A stretch of DNA of 64,000 nucleotides. Source: Syntrophorhabdaceae bacterium (GTDB lineage Bacteria; Desulfobacterota; Syntrophorhabdia; Syntrophorhabdales; Syntrophorhabdaceae). A program made the position numbers and the translations under genes. Where the stretch lies: contig OY762209.1 of assembly GCA_963665295.1 (NCBI GenBank), forward strand, positions 5,065,536 through 5,129,535, in the 5' to 3' direction. Under the pieces are notes generated by a model. The model saw only the letters and a list, made by a program, of their open reading frames with translations, made no database searches and was not told where the DNA came from. Positions 55,486 to 64,000 of the stretch are shown in pieces; positions within the stretch are counted from its first letter, which is position 1, and each line of letters opens with the position of its first letter.

Positions 55486-55507
55486 CAACGCCCGTCTCCG
55501 GGTGTTT

Positions 55508-56668
55508 TCACAGGTCAAGCTTTCTTTCTTTCAATATCTGCCGGTGTAATGCCTTGAAGTCCCTGGGGGGAAGGGCATCCGACTTTCTTACCAGCTTCAC
55601 CGCCGATGCGGGACAGGGCACGGCGCACACCCCGCAGCCGATGCACCACTCGCGGTCCACAACAGGGAAGTCATCCTCCATGGTGATCACATTCACCGGG
55701 CATATTTCGACACACAAGCCGCAGCCCGTGCATCTTTCCCTGTCCGTATCCCTGAGAAAATAGGTGGCCATGAGCACGTCCCTCGGAATCCTCTTCCTTC
55801 GGATCGTCCCCACGGACCAGCAGCAGCAACCGCAGCAGTTGCAGGTATGTTTGATCCCTTCCCGCGCGTTATCCACAAGGTGGACCAGACCCGCTTCCTC
55901 GGCCTTTCCGATCACGTCGAGGGTCTCACGTTTCGTAATCTCCCTCCCGATCCCCTTCTCGATCAGGTACTCCGCCAGTTCGTCATACTTGATGCAACTT
56001 TCAAGGACATGACTGCATTTCCTTTTCCCGAGCAATTCCGCCGTGACACGGCAGGGACAGTGGACAAGGGCGACCGTGTGGACCTTCTCCACAAGCTGTT
56101 CCATCATCTCGAAAGGAAAAACCGCGTGTTCATCGGGGTCGATGGAGAGCGCGGCGGGCACATAACGGAGCGACTTGGTGGGAGTCTTTCCGTAAGCCTC
56201 GCGGATCTGATCGAGCTTCGAATATCCGGCTATCAGCTCCGCCATCTTCCGTGAATCGGGACTCGTCAGTCCTCCCCAGAAAAAGGTCTGGGGGAAGCCA
56301 TATCCGAACTGGTGAAGGGCGTACCCTGTTTCCCCGTTTTCCATCCTTCTCGAAAAAAGGAGCCCCCGGTGGGAAAGGTTGGACAGGATCTGCTCCAATT
56401 CCGGCCGGGGAAGGTCGACGCGGGAGGCAATCTCTTCCGCAGGACAGAGTTCGAAAGGGATCACCTTTGTGGGAATCGCCAGGGCGACCTCCGCTTCGAG
56501 GGAAGTGAAGTTCTCGCGGAGGATGTCCAGGAGTTCCTCCTTCTCCGGATAACCCATGCCTAACGAGGACAGGTGCTTCGCCAGTTTCCCGTAAACATCT
56601 CCCGCCTTCCGATCCATCGCGCCTGTCCTCCCGGATATCGATTTACCCACCCATTCTATCATACACAA
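55508..56668 (-). CDS. 4Fe-4S dicluster domain protein with an N-terminal winged-helix-like region
   Basis: CTGCGLCVEICP and CIGCGVCAVPCP ferredoxin motifs, plus CNCCGCCCW and HCPC Cys clusters. A likelier start is ATG 56617 (MDRKAGDVYGKLAKHL). Confidence 0.75.
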   Translation of the reverse strand: MCMIEWVGKSISGRTGAMDRKAGDVYGKLAKHLSSLGMGYPEKEELLDILRENFTSLEAEVALAIPTKVIPFELCPAEEIASRVDLPRPELEQILSNLSHRGLLFSRRMENGETGYALHQFGYGFPQTFFWGGLTSPDSRKMAELIAGYSKLDQIREAYGKTPTKSLRYVPAALSIDPDEHAVFPFEMMEQLVEKVHTVALVHCPCRVTAELLGKRKCSHVLESCIKYDELAEYLIEKGIGREITKRETLDVIGKAEEAGLVHLVDNAREGIKHTCNCCGCCCWSVGTIRRKRIPRDVLMATYFLRDTDRERCTGCGLCVEICPVNVITMEDDFPVVDREWCIGCGVCAVPCPASAVKLVRKSDALPPRDFKALHRQILKERKLDL

Positions 56669-56808
56669 GGCAGGAAAATCATCCGGTCCCTCCCGGACGG
56701 ACGGTTACGGGTTAAAGGAACCCTGCCCCGTGCCGATAAATATAGTGAAAATGAGCCCCGTAAGAGGTAGGATAAGGATAGAACGACGCTTCGGGAGGAT
56801 GGGGAACA

Positions 56809-58839
56809 ATGAGTAAGAGGACCGCGCTTTTTTTGATCATAATCGTTTGTCTCTTCGCCACGGCCGCACCGGCGGAGACCGTTTCTCTTCCAAGGACGGG
56901 CATTGCCGCCTGCTACGACGCGTTCGGCGAAGAGATCCCGTGCGCCGCCACGGGACAGGACGGGGCGATCCAGGCGGGCCTTGCGTGGCCCGCAACCCGG
57001 TTTACCGTCACGGGCGACTGCATTCTCGACAACCTTACAGGTCTCACGTGGGCGAAGAACCTCTCCACGGAAAGAAGGGCCTGGGAAGATACCTTCGGCT
57101 ACATCGACTCCTTAAACAGCGCCCAACTCTGCAACCGGATCGACTGGCGTCTCCCCAACATAAACGAACTTGAAAGTCTGAGCAACGCGGGCGAGGTAAA
57201 CTCGGTCGCGTGGCTCACCGGCCTGGGGTTCACGAATGTGGGATATAACTGGTACTGGTCTTCCACTTCCGTTAAGTCATCCCTTGAGTGTCCGGCCTGC
57301 GTCTTCATTACCGATCTCAGCGCGCCCGGAGGGTATCAGGTCTCATGGGCGCCCACGTACCCTTCGTCGTCGTACCGGGAGTATGTGTGGCCCGTGGCCG
57401 GAGAAAGCACCGGCCCCGCCCGGGTCTGGCGAACCGGGCAAACCGCCGTGGTCCATACCGGAGATGACGGGAACCTGCGCGAGGGAACGGCCTGGCCTTC
57501 TCCGAGGTTCACTGTCGACGGCGATACGGCCACCGACAATCTTGCAGGCCTCATGTGGACGGTGAACGCCAATGTCCCCGGACCGGATGTCTGTTTACCC
57601 GGGGTCAAGAAGATGTGGCAGGAGGCCCTCGATTACGTAAAGTGCCTCAACGCCCAGGTCTACCTGGGTTACTCGGACTGGCGCCTGCCCAATACGAAGG
57701 AATTCATGAGCATCATCGACCGCTCCCAATACAGCCCTCCCCTGCCTGAGGGCCATCCTTTCCAGCAGGTCCAGACATCATCGGATTACTGGACATCCAC
57801 CTCCCGCCCCGGCGGAGGGTCTTCCTCGGCATACGCCTGGTTCGTCAACATGGGGCCGGGAATCCTGGACTACAAGGACAAGCGTATCAGTTATTATACC
57901 TTTGCATGGCCTGTCCGGGGCGGTATAATCGAATCCACCCCGAGGGTCCTCACCGTCACCCTGGGGGGCAACAAAAAGGGGACGGTCACTGCCGAGGGGC
58001 TTGCCTGCCCCAAGGGCAAGGCCTTCTGCACAGGGACCTACAACTCCGGCGCCACGGTAACCCTGACGCCCACGGCGAATACGGGCGCCGTGTTTGATGG
58101 ATGGAAGGACTGCGACGACGTGTCCGGCAATGTCTGCCATGTGACTATGAATAGCGCGCGGACCGTGACGGCGACTTTCGACGCTCCCCCGGCCATCTCC
58201 GCGTCACCCATGTCCATCAACTTCGGGTCGGTCAAAATGGGCGCATTCTCCTCCAAAACGGTCACAGTCAAGAACACGGGCGGGGCCCACCTTGTGGTGA
58301 ACTCCATGAATATCAGCGGTACCACGGAGTTCTCCGCCGTGCCCACCGGCTGTGGAGAGCCCCTCGCAAAGGGGAAGTCCTGCACCGTCGCCCTTACCCT
58401 GACCCCCGCGCCCGGCTCCTACGGCCCGAAAACCGGCCAGTTCGTCATCACATCCACGGATCCGAAAAAGGCGAGTATTTCCGTAAAACTCACGGGTAGC
58501 GGCGCAGCCCCCAAGATATCCGTTTCCCCCGCGTCTCTCAACTTCGGAACGATCCTGGTCCAGACCACGTCCGACCCCAGGAAGATAACCATAAAGAATA
58601 CGGGGCCATCGGACCTCTCGTCCATCGGTATCTCCCTGGCCGAAGGTCCCTTCGCCGTCTCCGGGAACGACTGCGCAGGGAAGACCCTCGTCACCAACGG
58701 GTCGTGCGCCGTCTACGTCACCTTCGCCGCATCGAGTTTGAACAAGGTGGTCATGCCTCTTACGGTCACATCCAACGACCCCGACCCGGCAAGAAAGAGC
58801 ATAAAAGTGAACTTGAGCGGAAAGGGGAAAGCCAAGTAG
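56809..58839 (+). CDS. secreted protein with two DUF1566 (Lcl C-terminal-like) domains, one B-repeat module and three choice-of-anchor-D-like domains
   Basis: Signal LFLIIIVCLFATAAPA. The pattern DNLTGLTWAKN...W..A..Y...LN......DWRLPNINELESL and its repeat DNLAGLMWTVN...YSDWRLPNTKEFMSI fit DUF1566. The B-repeat CPKGKAFCTGTY..GATVTLTP....AVFDGW.DC......CHVTM follows. Then three L.FG.V......K.VTVKNTG...L....I.G...F......C....L..G.SC.V domains. Confidence 0.85.
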   Translation: MSKRTALFLIIIVCLFATAAPAETVSLPRTGIAACYDAFGEEIPCAATGQDGAIQAGLAWPATRFTVTGDCILDNLTGLTWAKNLSTERRAWEDTFGYIDSLNSAQLCNRIDWRLPNINELESLSNAGEVNSVAWLTGLGFTNVGYNWYWSSTSVKSSLECPACVFITDLSAPGGYQVSWAPTYPSSSYREYVWPVAGESTGPARVWRTGQTAVVHTGDDGNLREGTAWPSPRFTVDGDTATDNLAGLMWTVNANVPGPDVCLPGVKKMWQEALDYVKCLNAQVYLGYSDWRLPNTKEFMSIIDRSQYSPPLPEGHPFQQVQTSSDYWTSTSRPGGGSSSAYAWFVNMGPGILDYKDKRISYYTFAWPVRGGIIESTPRVLTVTLGGNKKGTVTAEGLACPKGKAFCTGTYNSGATVTLTPTANTGAVFDGWKDCDDVSGNVCHVTMNSARTVTATFDAPPAISASPMSINFGSVKMGAFSSKTVTVKNTGGAHLVVNSMNISGTTEFSAVPTGCGEPLAKGKSCTVALTLTPAPGSYGPKTGQFVITSTDPKKASISVKLTGSGAAPKISVSPASLNFGTILVQTTSDPRKITIKNTGPSDLSSIGISLAEGPFAVSGNDCAGKTLVTNGSCAVYVTFAASSLNKVVMPLTVTSNDPDPARKSIKVNLSGKGKAK

Positions 58840-58945
58840 ATTCCTCTGAAAACCATCACCCTATTTATGATACACCTCGCGTCAAAAGTGTGATATATTT
58901 AGTAAATTTTTAACAGCACTGCGACTTAATCATTCAACGGGGTGT

Positions 58946-60247
58946 ATGAAAGGAATCCTCACCATAGCTGGTTATGACCCCTCGTCAGGGGCGGGCATAA
59001 CGAGAGACCTCGATGTCTTTTTTTCTCTCGGACTCCATGGCCTGTCTGTTCCCACCGCCATTGTGGTGCAGGGTCCCCAGGGTGTAAAAGCGGTATATCC
59101 CACGCCCATGGACCAGTTTTCTTCCATGCTCGACCTCCTGTCCGGGGGGACGGGAATCGACGGGGTGAAAATAGGCGTTGTCTGGGATGAACCGTATTGC
59201 ACCGGGATCGCCTCCTTCCTCAAGGAAAGAGAGGGTATACCCGTGATCGTCGATCCCGTCGCCCAGGCAAAAAACGACACGCCCCTTGTCACGGAAAAGG
59301 GCCTCCGGCGGCTTACGGACACGGTTTTCCCCCTCGCGTCGGTGGTGACCCCCAACCTTGACGAGGCTTCGATACTCACGGGAAAGGTCATCAACGACAT
59401 GGAAGGCATGAAAGAGGCAGCCCGCGCGATCCGGCGGATGGGTCCCGGGGCGGTGATAGTGAAGGGCGGCCACCTCGAAGGGGAGCCTATCGACCTTCTC
59501 TTCGACGGCACGGAGTTTACCTTTTCCCGGAAACGGCGCGTGGCAAGACAGGTCCACGGCACGGGGTGCATGTTCTCCTCCGCGCTCTGCTCGTTCCTTG
59601 TCCACGGCTACCCGGTGAAAGAGGCTTTTCTCGCTGCCGGGGAATTCATGAGGGAGATGCTGAACGAGAGCTACAGGATAGACAGGGATGGATATTTTTA
59701 CGCTTCGCCGGGGCTCACAAACAGCGTGCGGGCAGACCGTTACCACGTGCTCGCCTTGCTCGGACAAGCCGGTGAGCGACTGACCGCACTCAATATGGCG
59801 GAATTCATCCCCGAGGCCCAACTCAATATGGGATACGCCATCCAGGGCGCAAGGGGGATCGAAGACGTGGCCGCATTCCCCGGCCGGATAGGCCGTTTCG
59901 GAGACCGGGTGGTCTTTAAGGGGGATCCCCGTTTCGGCGCGTCGTCCCGCACGGCACGAATGATCCTCGCGTTTATGAAACATTACCCCTTCGTGAGGTC
60001 CTGCGCAAACGTGCGGTTAAGCGACGCCTCATTGAAAAAGGCCTATGAATCGGGTATGACTGTGCTCCCCATCGGCAGATCGGAGTATACGGGGCCCGAT
60101 TCCCTTGTAGGGACGGCTCTGCAAGGAACACACAAACCCCCGGACATCATCCATGACGGGGGAGATAAAGTGAGAGAACCTGTTACCGGGCTTTTTGCAG
60201 AAAATCCACGGGAACTTATTAAAAAGATGGAGACTATAAGAATATGA
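58946..60247 (+). CDS. thiD: bifunctional hydroxymethylpyrimidine/phosphomethylpyrimidine kinase fused to a ThiN-type thiamine-phosphate synthase domain (ThiDN)
   Basis: The N-terminus ILTIAGYDPSSGAGITRDL...GVKIG...VVDPV...IVKGGHL...HGTGCMFSSAL is ThiD. The C-terminal ~170 aa (EAQLNMGYAI.GA.G.EDVAAFPGRI......V.F......GASS...R.IL) fit the ThiN domain as recalled. Confidence 0.88.
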   Translation: MKGILTIAGYDPSSGAGITRDLDVFFSLGLHGLSVPTAIVVQGPQGVKAVYPTPMDQFSSMLDLLSGGTGIDGVKIGVVWDEPYCTGIASFLKEREGIPVIVDPVAQAKNDTPLVTEKGLRRLTDTVFPLASVVTPNLDEASILTGKVINDMEGMKEAARAIRRMGPGAVIVKGGHLEGEPIDLLFDGTEFTFSRKRRVARQVHGTGCMFSSALCSFLVHGYPVKEAFLAAGEFMREMLNESYRIDRDGYFYASPGLTNSVRADRYHVLALLGQAGERLTALNMAEFIPEAQLNMGYAIQGARGIEDVAAFPGRIGRFGDRVVFKGDPRFGASSRTARMILAFMKHYPFVRSCANVRLSDASLKKAYESGMTVLPIGRSEYTGPDSLVGTALQGTHKPPDIIHDGGDKVREPVTGLFAENPRELIKKMETIRI

Positions 60248-61527
60248 AGAATCAATTGGTATTGGCGAGAGAAGGAAAGATCACGGAAGAGATGGAGCGC
60301 GTAGCCCGCGACGAGGGTATCGACAAAGAGGCGCTCAGGCTGTCCATCGCAGAAGGAAAAGCGACGATACTTGCAAACAACAGGCACCGGGATTTCATCC
60401 CCAAGGGCGTGGGCAAGGGAATGAGCGTAAAGGTGAATGCAAATATCGGGACCTCTTCCGAAAGGGTCGATATCGACGCGGAACTCAAGAAGCTCGACAT
60501 GGCGGTAAAGGCAGGGGCGGATGCGGTAATGGACCTCTCCACCGGCGGTGACCTCGACGAGATCAGAAAGATAATTATCGCCCGCGCGGGGATCCCCCTC
60601 GGCACGGTGCCCATATACCAGGCTGCCGTGGAGGCGGTGAAGAATAGAAAAGGGATTACCAACCTGGAGCCCGATGAACTCTTCGACGTGATCGAGAAGC
60701 ACGGGCAGGACGGCGTCGATTTTGTTACCGTTCACTGCGGCATCACGCAAAGGGCCCTCGAGCGCATCAAGAAGCAGGGCCGCGTCACCGATATCGTAAG
60801 CAGGGGCGGCGCGTTCCTCACGGAGTGGATGATCGTCAACGGGAAGGAAAACCCCCTTTATGAACAGTATGACCGGCTCCTCGCCATTGCAAAAAAATAT
60901 GACATGACCATCAGCCTCGGGGACGGGCTCAGACCGGGGTCTATCGCGGACGCCACGGACAGGGGCCAGATCGAGGAATTGATCACCCTCGGGGAATTAA
61001 GTCAGGAAGCGATCAGGAATGACGTGCAGGTAATGATCGAAGGGCCGGGACATGTGCCTCTCAACCTCATAGAAACGAACATCCTCCTTCAGAAGGCCCT
61101 CTGCAACGAGGCTCCTTTTTACGTTCTCGGTCCCATCGTCACCGACATCGCACCGGGCTACGACCATATCACGTCGGCCATCGGAGGCGCACTCGCGGGA
61201 TTTTACGGCGCGGATTTCCTTTGTTACGTGACACCCGCCGAGCACCTGGGCCTGCCATACCCCCAGGACGTGTGGGACGGGGTCATGGTGTGCAAGATCG
61301 CGGCCCATGCCGCCGATGTAGCGCGGGGTAACAAGTTGGCCCTTGCCCGCGACAGGGACATGTCCGTATTCCGCAAGGCCCTCGACTGGGAAGGTCAGAC
61401 GTCATGCGCCATCGACCCGGACAAGATACGGACCTTCAGGAAGGAGCGGAACCTCGAAAGCAATGTGTGCAGCATGTGCGGTGAATTCTGCGCCATGAAG
61501 ATAGTGAAGGATTATTTCAAGAAATAG
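60244..61527 (+). CDS. thiC: phosphomethylpyrimidine synthase (short-form ThiC)
   Basis: VNANIGTS, DLSTGG, GTVPIYQA, VTVHCG, GPGHVP and the C-terminal CSMCGEFCA cluster. ATGA overlap with thiDN. Confidence 0.96.
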   Translation: MKNQLVLAREGKITEEMERVARDEGIDKEALRLSIAEGKATILANNRHRDFIPKGVGKGMSVKVNANIGTSSERVDIDAELKKLDMAVKAGADAVMDLSTGGDLDEIRKIIIARAGIPLGTVPIYQAAVEAVKNRKGITNLEPDELFDVIEKHGQDGVDFVTVHCGITQRALERIKKQGRVTDIVSRGGAFLTEWMIVNGKENPLYEQYDRLLAIAKKYDMTISLGDGLRPGSIADATDRGQIEELITLGELSQEAIRNDVQVMIEGPGHVPLNLIETNILLQKALCNEAPFYVLGPIVTDIAPGYDHITSAIGGALAGFYGADFLCYVTPAEHLGLPYPQDVWDGVMVCKIAAHAADVARGNKLALARDRDMSVFRKALDWEGQTSCAIDPDKIRTFRKERNLESNVCSMCGEFCAMKIVKDYFKK

Positions 61528-61533
61528 ACCCAT

Positions 61534-62754
61534 ATGGGATACGCACCCTCACAATGGCAGATCCACATATACACCGTGGCGGAGCTCTCCTCCCGGATAC
61601 GGCAGTCCATCAACAGCCAGTTCCGGGACGTGTTCGTGGAAGGAGAGATCTCCAACGCCAAGCTCTACCCTTCCGGCCACCTCTACTTCACCCTGAAGGA
61701 CGATTCGGCCACAATAAAGGCCGTAGTTTTCAACTTCGCCGGCAAATATCCGGAGGGGACCCTCAAGGACGGCACGGCGGTCATATGCAAGGGCCGGGTG
61801 GATGTGTACGAAAAACGGGGAGAATACAGACTCCTTGTCGATATAGTGGAGATAAAGGGCATCGGCCTCATGCAGTTGAAGTTCCAGATGCTCAAGGAAA
61901 GATTGCAACACGAGGGCATTTTCGCCCCTGAACGGAAAAAGCCCCTTCCCTTCCTGCCGGAGAGGATAGGAATAGTCACTTCTCCCGCGGGGGCCGCGGT
62001 AAGGGATATGCTCAAGGTCATTTACGGCAAGTTCGCCAACATGAGCGTTCTCATATACCCGGTGAAGGTCCAGGGCGACGCCGCAGGCGGTGAGATAGTG
62101 GAAGGGATCGAATACTTCAACAGGACCGGGGAAGTGGACGTAATTATCCTGGGCAGGGGAGGAGGCTCCATCGAGGACCTCGCCCCATTCAATGAGGAGG
62201 TGGTGGCGCGGGCCATCTTTTCCTCTGAGATACCCATAGTCTCCGCAGTCGGTCACGAGATCGATTTCACCATTGCGGACTTCTCCGCCGATGTAAGGGC
62301 GCCTACCCCTACGGCGGCCGCGGACCTCGTGGTAAAGGATAAAAGAGAGCTGGTCAGCCTCCTCGACGACACGAACACGAGACTGAAGCACGGTATGAGA
62401 AAGCTCCTCGAACGGTCAAGGCTCGGCCTCCTCAAAAGCGTCGTGAACCTCGAAGCCAGGAAAGATTTCATAGTGAACTACAGGATGTATGTGGATGAGA
62501 TCACCAACAACCTGGTCCACAGTTTTTCTTCCTATTTTAAAGAGAGGAAGGCCGAAACAGAATCCCTCGCCCAGCGGCTGCGGGATTTAAACCCCGACAA
62601 CATCCTCAAGCGGGGATACAGCATTACGGTGAAGAAGTCAACGAACGAAGTGGTGACGGACCCCAACCGGGTCGCCCTCGACGAGTTGCTCCTCATAAAA
62701 CTCCATGAAGGCGAACTGGAGGTTTCTGTACGAAAAAAACAGTCCGCCCCGTAA
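61534..62754 (+). CDS. xseA: exodeoxyribonuclease VII large subunit
   Basis: YTVAELSSRIRQSI...V.VEGEISN.K...SGHLYFTLKD OB-fold N-terminus, and RGGGS.EDL..FN.E.VARAI......P.VSAVGHE.D. Confidence 0.93.
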   Translation: MGYAPSQWQIHIYTVAELSSRIRQSINSQFRDVFVEGEISNAKLYPSGHLYFTLKDDSATIKAVVFNFAGKYPEGTLKDGTAVICKGRVDVYEKRGEYRLLVDIVEIKGIGLMQLKFQMLKERLQHEGIFAPERKKPLPFLPERIGIVTSPAGAAVRDMLKVIYGKFANMSVLIYPVKVQGDAAGGEIVEGIEYFNRTGEVDVIILGRGGGSIEDLAPFNEEVVARAIFSSEIPIVSAVGHEIDFTIADFSADVRAPTPTAAADLVVKDKRELVSLLDDTNTRLKHGMRKLLERSRLGLLKSVVNLEARKDFIVNYRMYVDEITNNLVHSFSSYFKERKAETESLAQRLRDLNPDNILKRGYSITVKKSTNEVVTDPNRVALDELLLIKLHEGELEVSVRKKQSAP

Positions 62755-62783
62755 CCTGATCCCTTTCGCCTTCTTTTTAAAAC

Positions 62784-63125
62784 CTATATCCCCATATTCG
62801 ACAACATAACCGAGATGCGGTTGACGATGTCCACAAGTTTGGGGTGGGAGCTTTCAATGCCTTCCACGGAGGACGCGAGCCCTCTTACTGAGAGCTTCAG
62901 AAGCTCAGGGTTCTGTTCGCTCCGGGTCGCTTCATGGGCCGATACTTTCGCGAATCCTGCGATACTCTCCGCACGCTCGGCATGGGTTTTCGAAAGCTCG
63001 GCAACCTCGCCCTTAAGGGTTTCGAGAAGCTGCACCAGCTCTTCCATACCCTCGTCCTTCTCGTTGCCCCGCTTCTTCGACTCCTCGATTCTCGTCTCGA
63101 TCTTGCGGATAGTCTCTTCTATCAT
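62784..63125 (-). CDS. DUF4404-like protein
   Basis: MIEETIRKIETRIEE...LKGEVAEL.......AESIAGFA..SAHEATR....PELLKLSVRGLASSVEGIESSHPKLVDIVNRISVMLSNMGI. The F/IE.SHP.L......I...L...GI ending is typical of the family as recalled. The track ORF start at 63245 has no support. Confidence 0.6.
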   Translation of the reverse strand: MIEETIRKIETRIEESKKRGNEKDEGMEELVQLLETLKGEVAELSKTHAERAESIAGFAKVSAHEATRSEQNPELLKLSVRGLASSVEGIESSHPKLVDIVNRISVMLSNMGI

Positions 63126-63227
63126 GCCTCCCCCCGTTCTTTTGTCCCCTTTTGGGGGATGGATGGTATTCCTTCCTATATTATCAGGAGAGTTCCACCG
63201 AAAAGTCAACACCTGTGGGGCCGTGTC

Positions 63228-63599
63228 ATGACAATTTTTAAACACAACGCACTATGGATGATGATGGTACTATCGATGGTCTCTTTTTCCTTCCAGATGC
63301 TCTTCCCGGCGACGGTTACCGCCGCAGGCGCGGACCAGGGGAAGGTCCTGTACGAAAACAAGTGTTCCTACTGCCACGGGTCAAACGGCAAGGGTGACGG
63401 GGCTTCTTCCAAAAAGCTGGGGGTCAGTCCCAGTGATCTCATCTCTTGGGAACTCTGGAAGGACAAAGCGCCCGGGAAGATCCGGTCCGCCATAGAGGAT
63501 GGTTACGGGGCCATGCCGGGCGTGGATGTGGCGCCCGGAGAAACGTCGGCGATTATCGAGTACATGTCAAAAACTTTCCGGCCTCAGGCGAAGAAGTAG
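63228..63599 (+). CDS. class I c-type cytochrome (monohaem, periplasmic)
   Basis: ATG 63228 is followed by a signal segment (LWMMMVLSMVSFSFQMLFPATVTA), a CSYCH haem-binding motif and the distal GAMPG Met ligand region. Confidence 0.8.
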   Translation: MTIFKHNALWMMMVLSMVSFSFQMLFPATVTAAGADQGKVLYENKCSYCHGSNGKGDGASSKKLGVSPSDLISWELWKDKAPGKIRSAIEDGYGAMPGVDVAPGETSAIIEYMSKTFRPQAKK

Positions 63600-64000
63600 G
63601 TATCCGAAAGAAGAACATCCCGCCTGGGCAGAAAGGAGGGGCATGCATCACGAGGCCGCGAAAGCAACGTGGACCCGATCCGCGTTGAGGGTGTCAGCCG
63701 TCTTTATCCTTATGTCTTCTCAACAGCGTGATCTTCTTTATAATTACGATGGCTTCGGCAGGGACGCATCGGACAATAATGTCTTTTACCTCCTTGCATG
63801 GGTCGCGTTTTGAAAGGAATGTTCCGGAAACGGCCCGTCAACACGGGGAGGGTCACCTATGGATTATCTGAGCAGATTCTATGAACTCTTTCAATATTTC
63901 GGATATTTCCACCCCATCCGACGGAACCCGGGGGAAGATGCCCTCCTTTACAGAGAAAAGGCTGCCTGATGCCGACGTGAAGATGCTCTATGATTATATA

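Noticed and set aside
58840-58945. A TPP riboswitch upstream of thiDN.
   Set aside because: No THI-box core sequences could be found by eye. This is kept only as a negative observation to be verified with cmsearch.
63643-63813. A 56-aa ORF (MHHEAAKATWTRSALRVSAVFILMSSQQRDLLYNYDGFGRDASDNNVFYLLAWVAF) downstream of the cytochrome c gene.
   Set aside because: The GGAGG lies only ~3 nt from the ATG, the ORF has no recognisable family, and its single hydrophobic stretch is weak. The evidence is insufficient.
63859-64000. A cytochrome-c-like C-terminal string (GKMPSFTEKRLPDADVKMLYDYI) at the right edge, and an overlapping short ORF starting at ATG 63859.
   Set aside because: The frame containing the cytochrome-like string has a stop at 63882-63884 and no CxxCH upstream. 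The ATG-initiated frame differs by one base around a G5 run (63930-63934). It is too close to the window edge to decide between a frameshift, an edge artefact and chance.

Overview
This 64-kb window is about 58-60% GC and comes from a Gram-negative bacterium, since the LPS genes kdsB and lptE are present. The xerC-hslVU-argBDFG-leuS-lptE synteny, the many Fe-S/radical-SAM proteins and an OmpB-like multicopper oxidase suggest an anaerobic Desulfobacterota- or Nitrospirota-like lineage. That placement is inference only.

Housekeeping blocks:
- queD (partial), an MCP and a csp gene
- uvrA-kdsB and rpsT
- lptE-leuS-argG-argF-argD-argB-hslU-hslV-xerC, all on the minus strand
- recJ-pyrD-pyrK, thiDN-thiC-xseA and a cytochrome c

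Accessory segments lie between these blocks. They are dominated by six large secreted proteins that share Cys-containing ~80-aa B-repeat modules and choice-of-anchor-D-like beta-sandwich domains: an M28 peptidase, two tandem TIGR03768-like metallophosphoesterase paralogues, a HAF-repeat protein, an Asp-box propeller protein and a DUF1566 protein.

Most interesting locus (31.9-36.6 kb): a RiPP-type maturation cassette. It has two PqqD-like genes, two radical SAM/SPASM enzymes and a P-loop-domain/S26-peptidase fusion. A 66-aa ORF with three C-[ST]-x-G motifs is transcribed divergently and is a candidate precursor. The cassette resembles the orphan 'SynChlorMet' cassette as I remember it. It appears to have replaced most of a third phosphoesterase paralogue.

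Other notable items:
- a multicopper oxidase interrupted by a frameshift
- two ~210-bp structured repeats with compensatory substitutions flanking a PAS hybrid histidine kinase
- a ~1-kb region with no convincing CDS that holds a perfect 13-bp palindrome and a (CAAA)5 tract
- an array of GGCAG/CTGCC repeats in the leuS leader
- several unusual domain fusions (MobA-RimI, BMP-Cache, ThiD-ThiN)

All family names come from motif recognition by eye. No database search was run.
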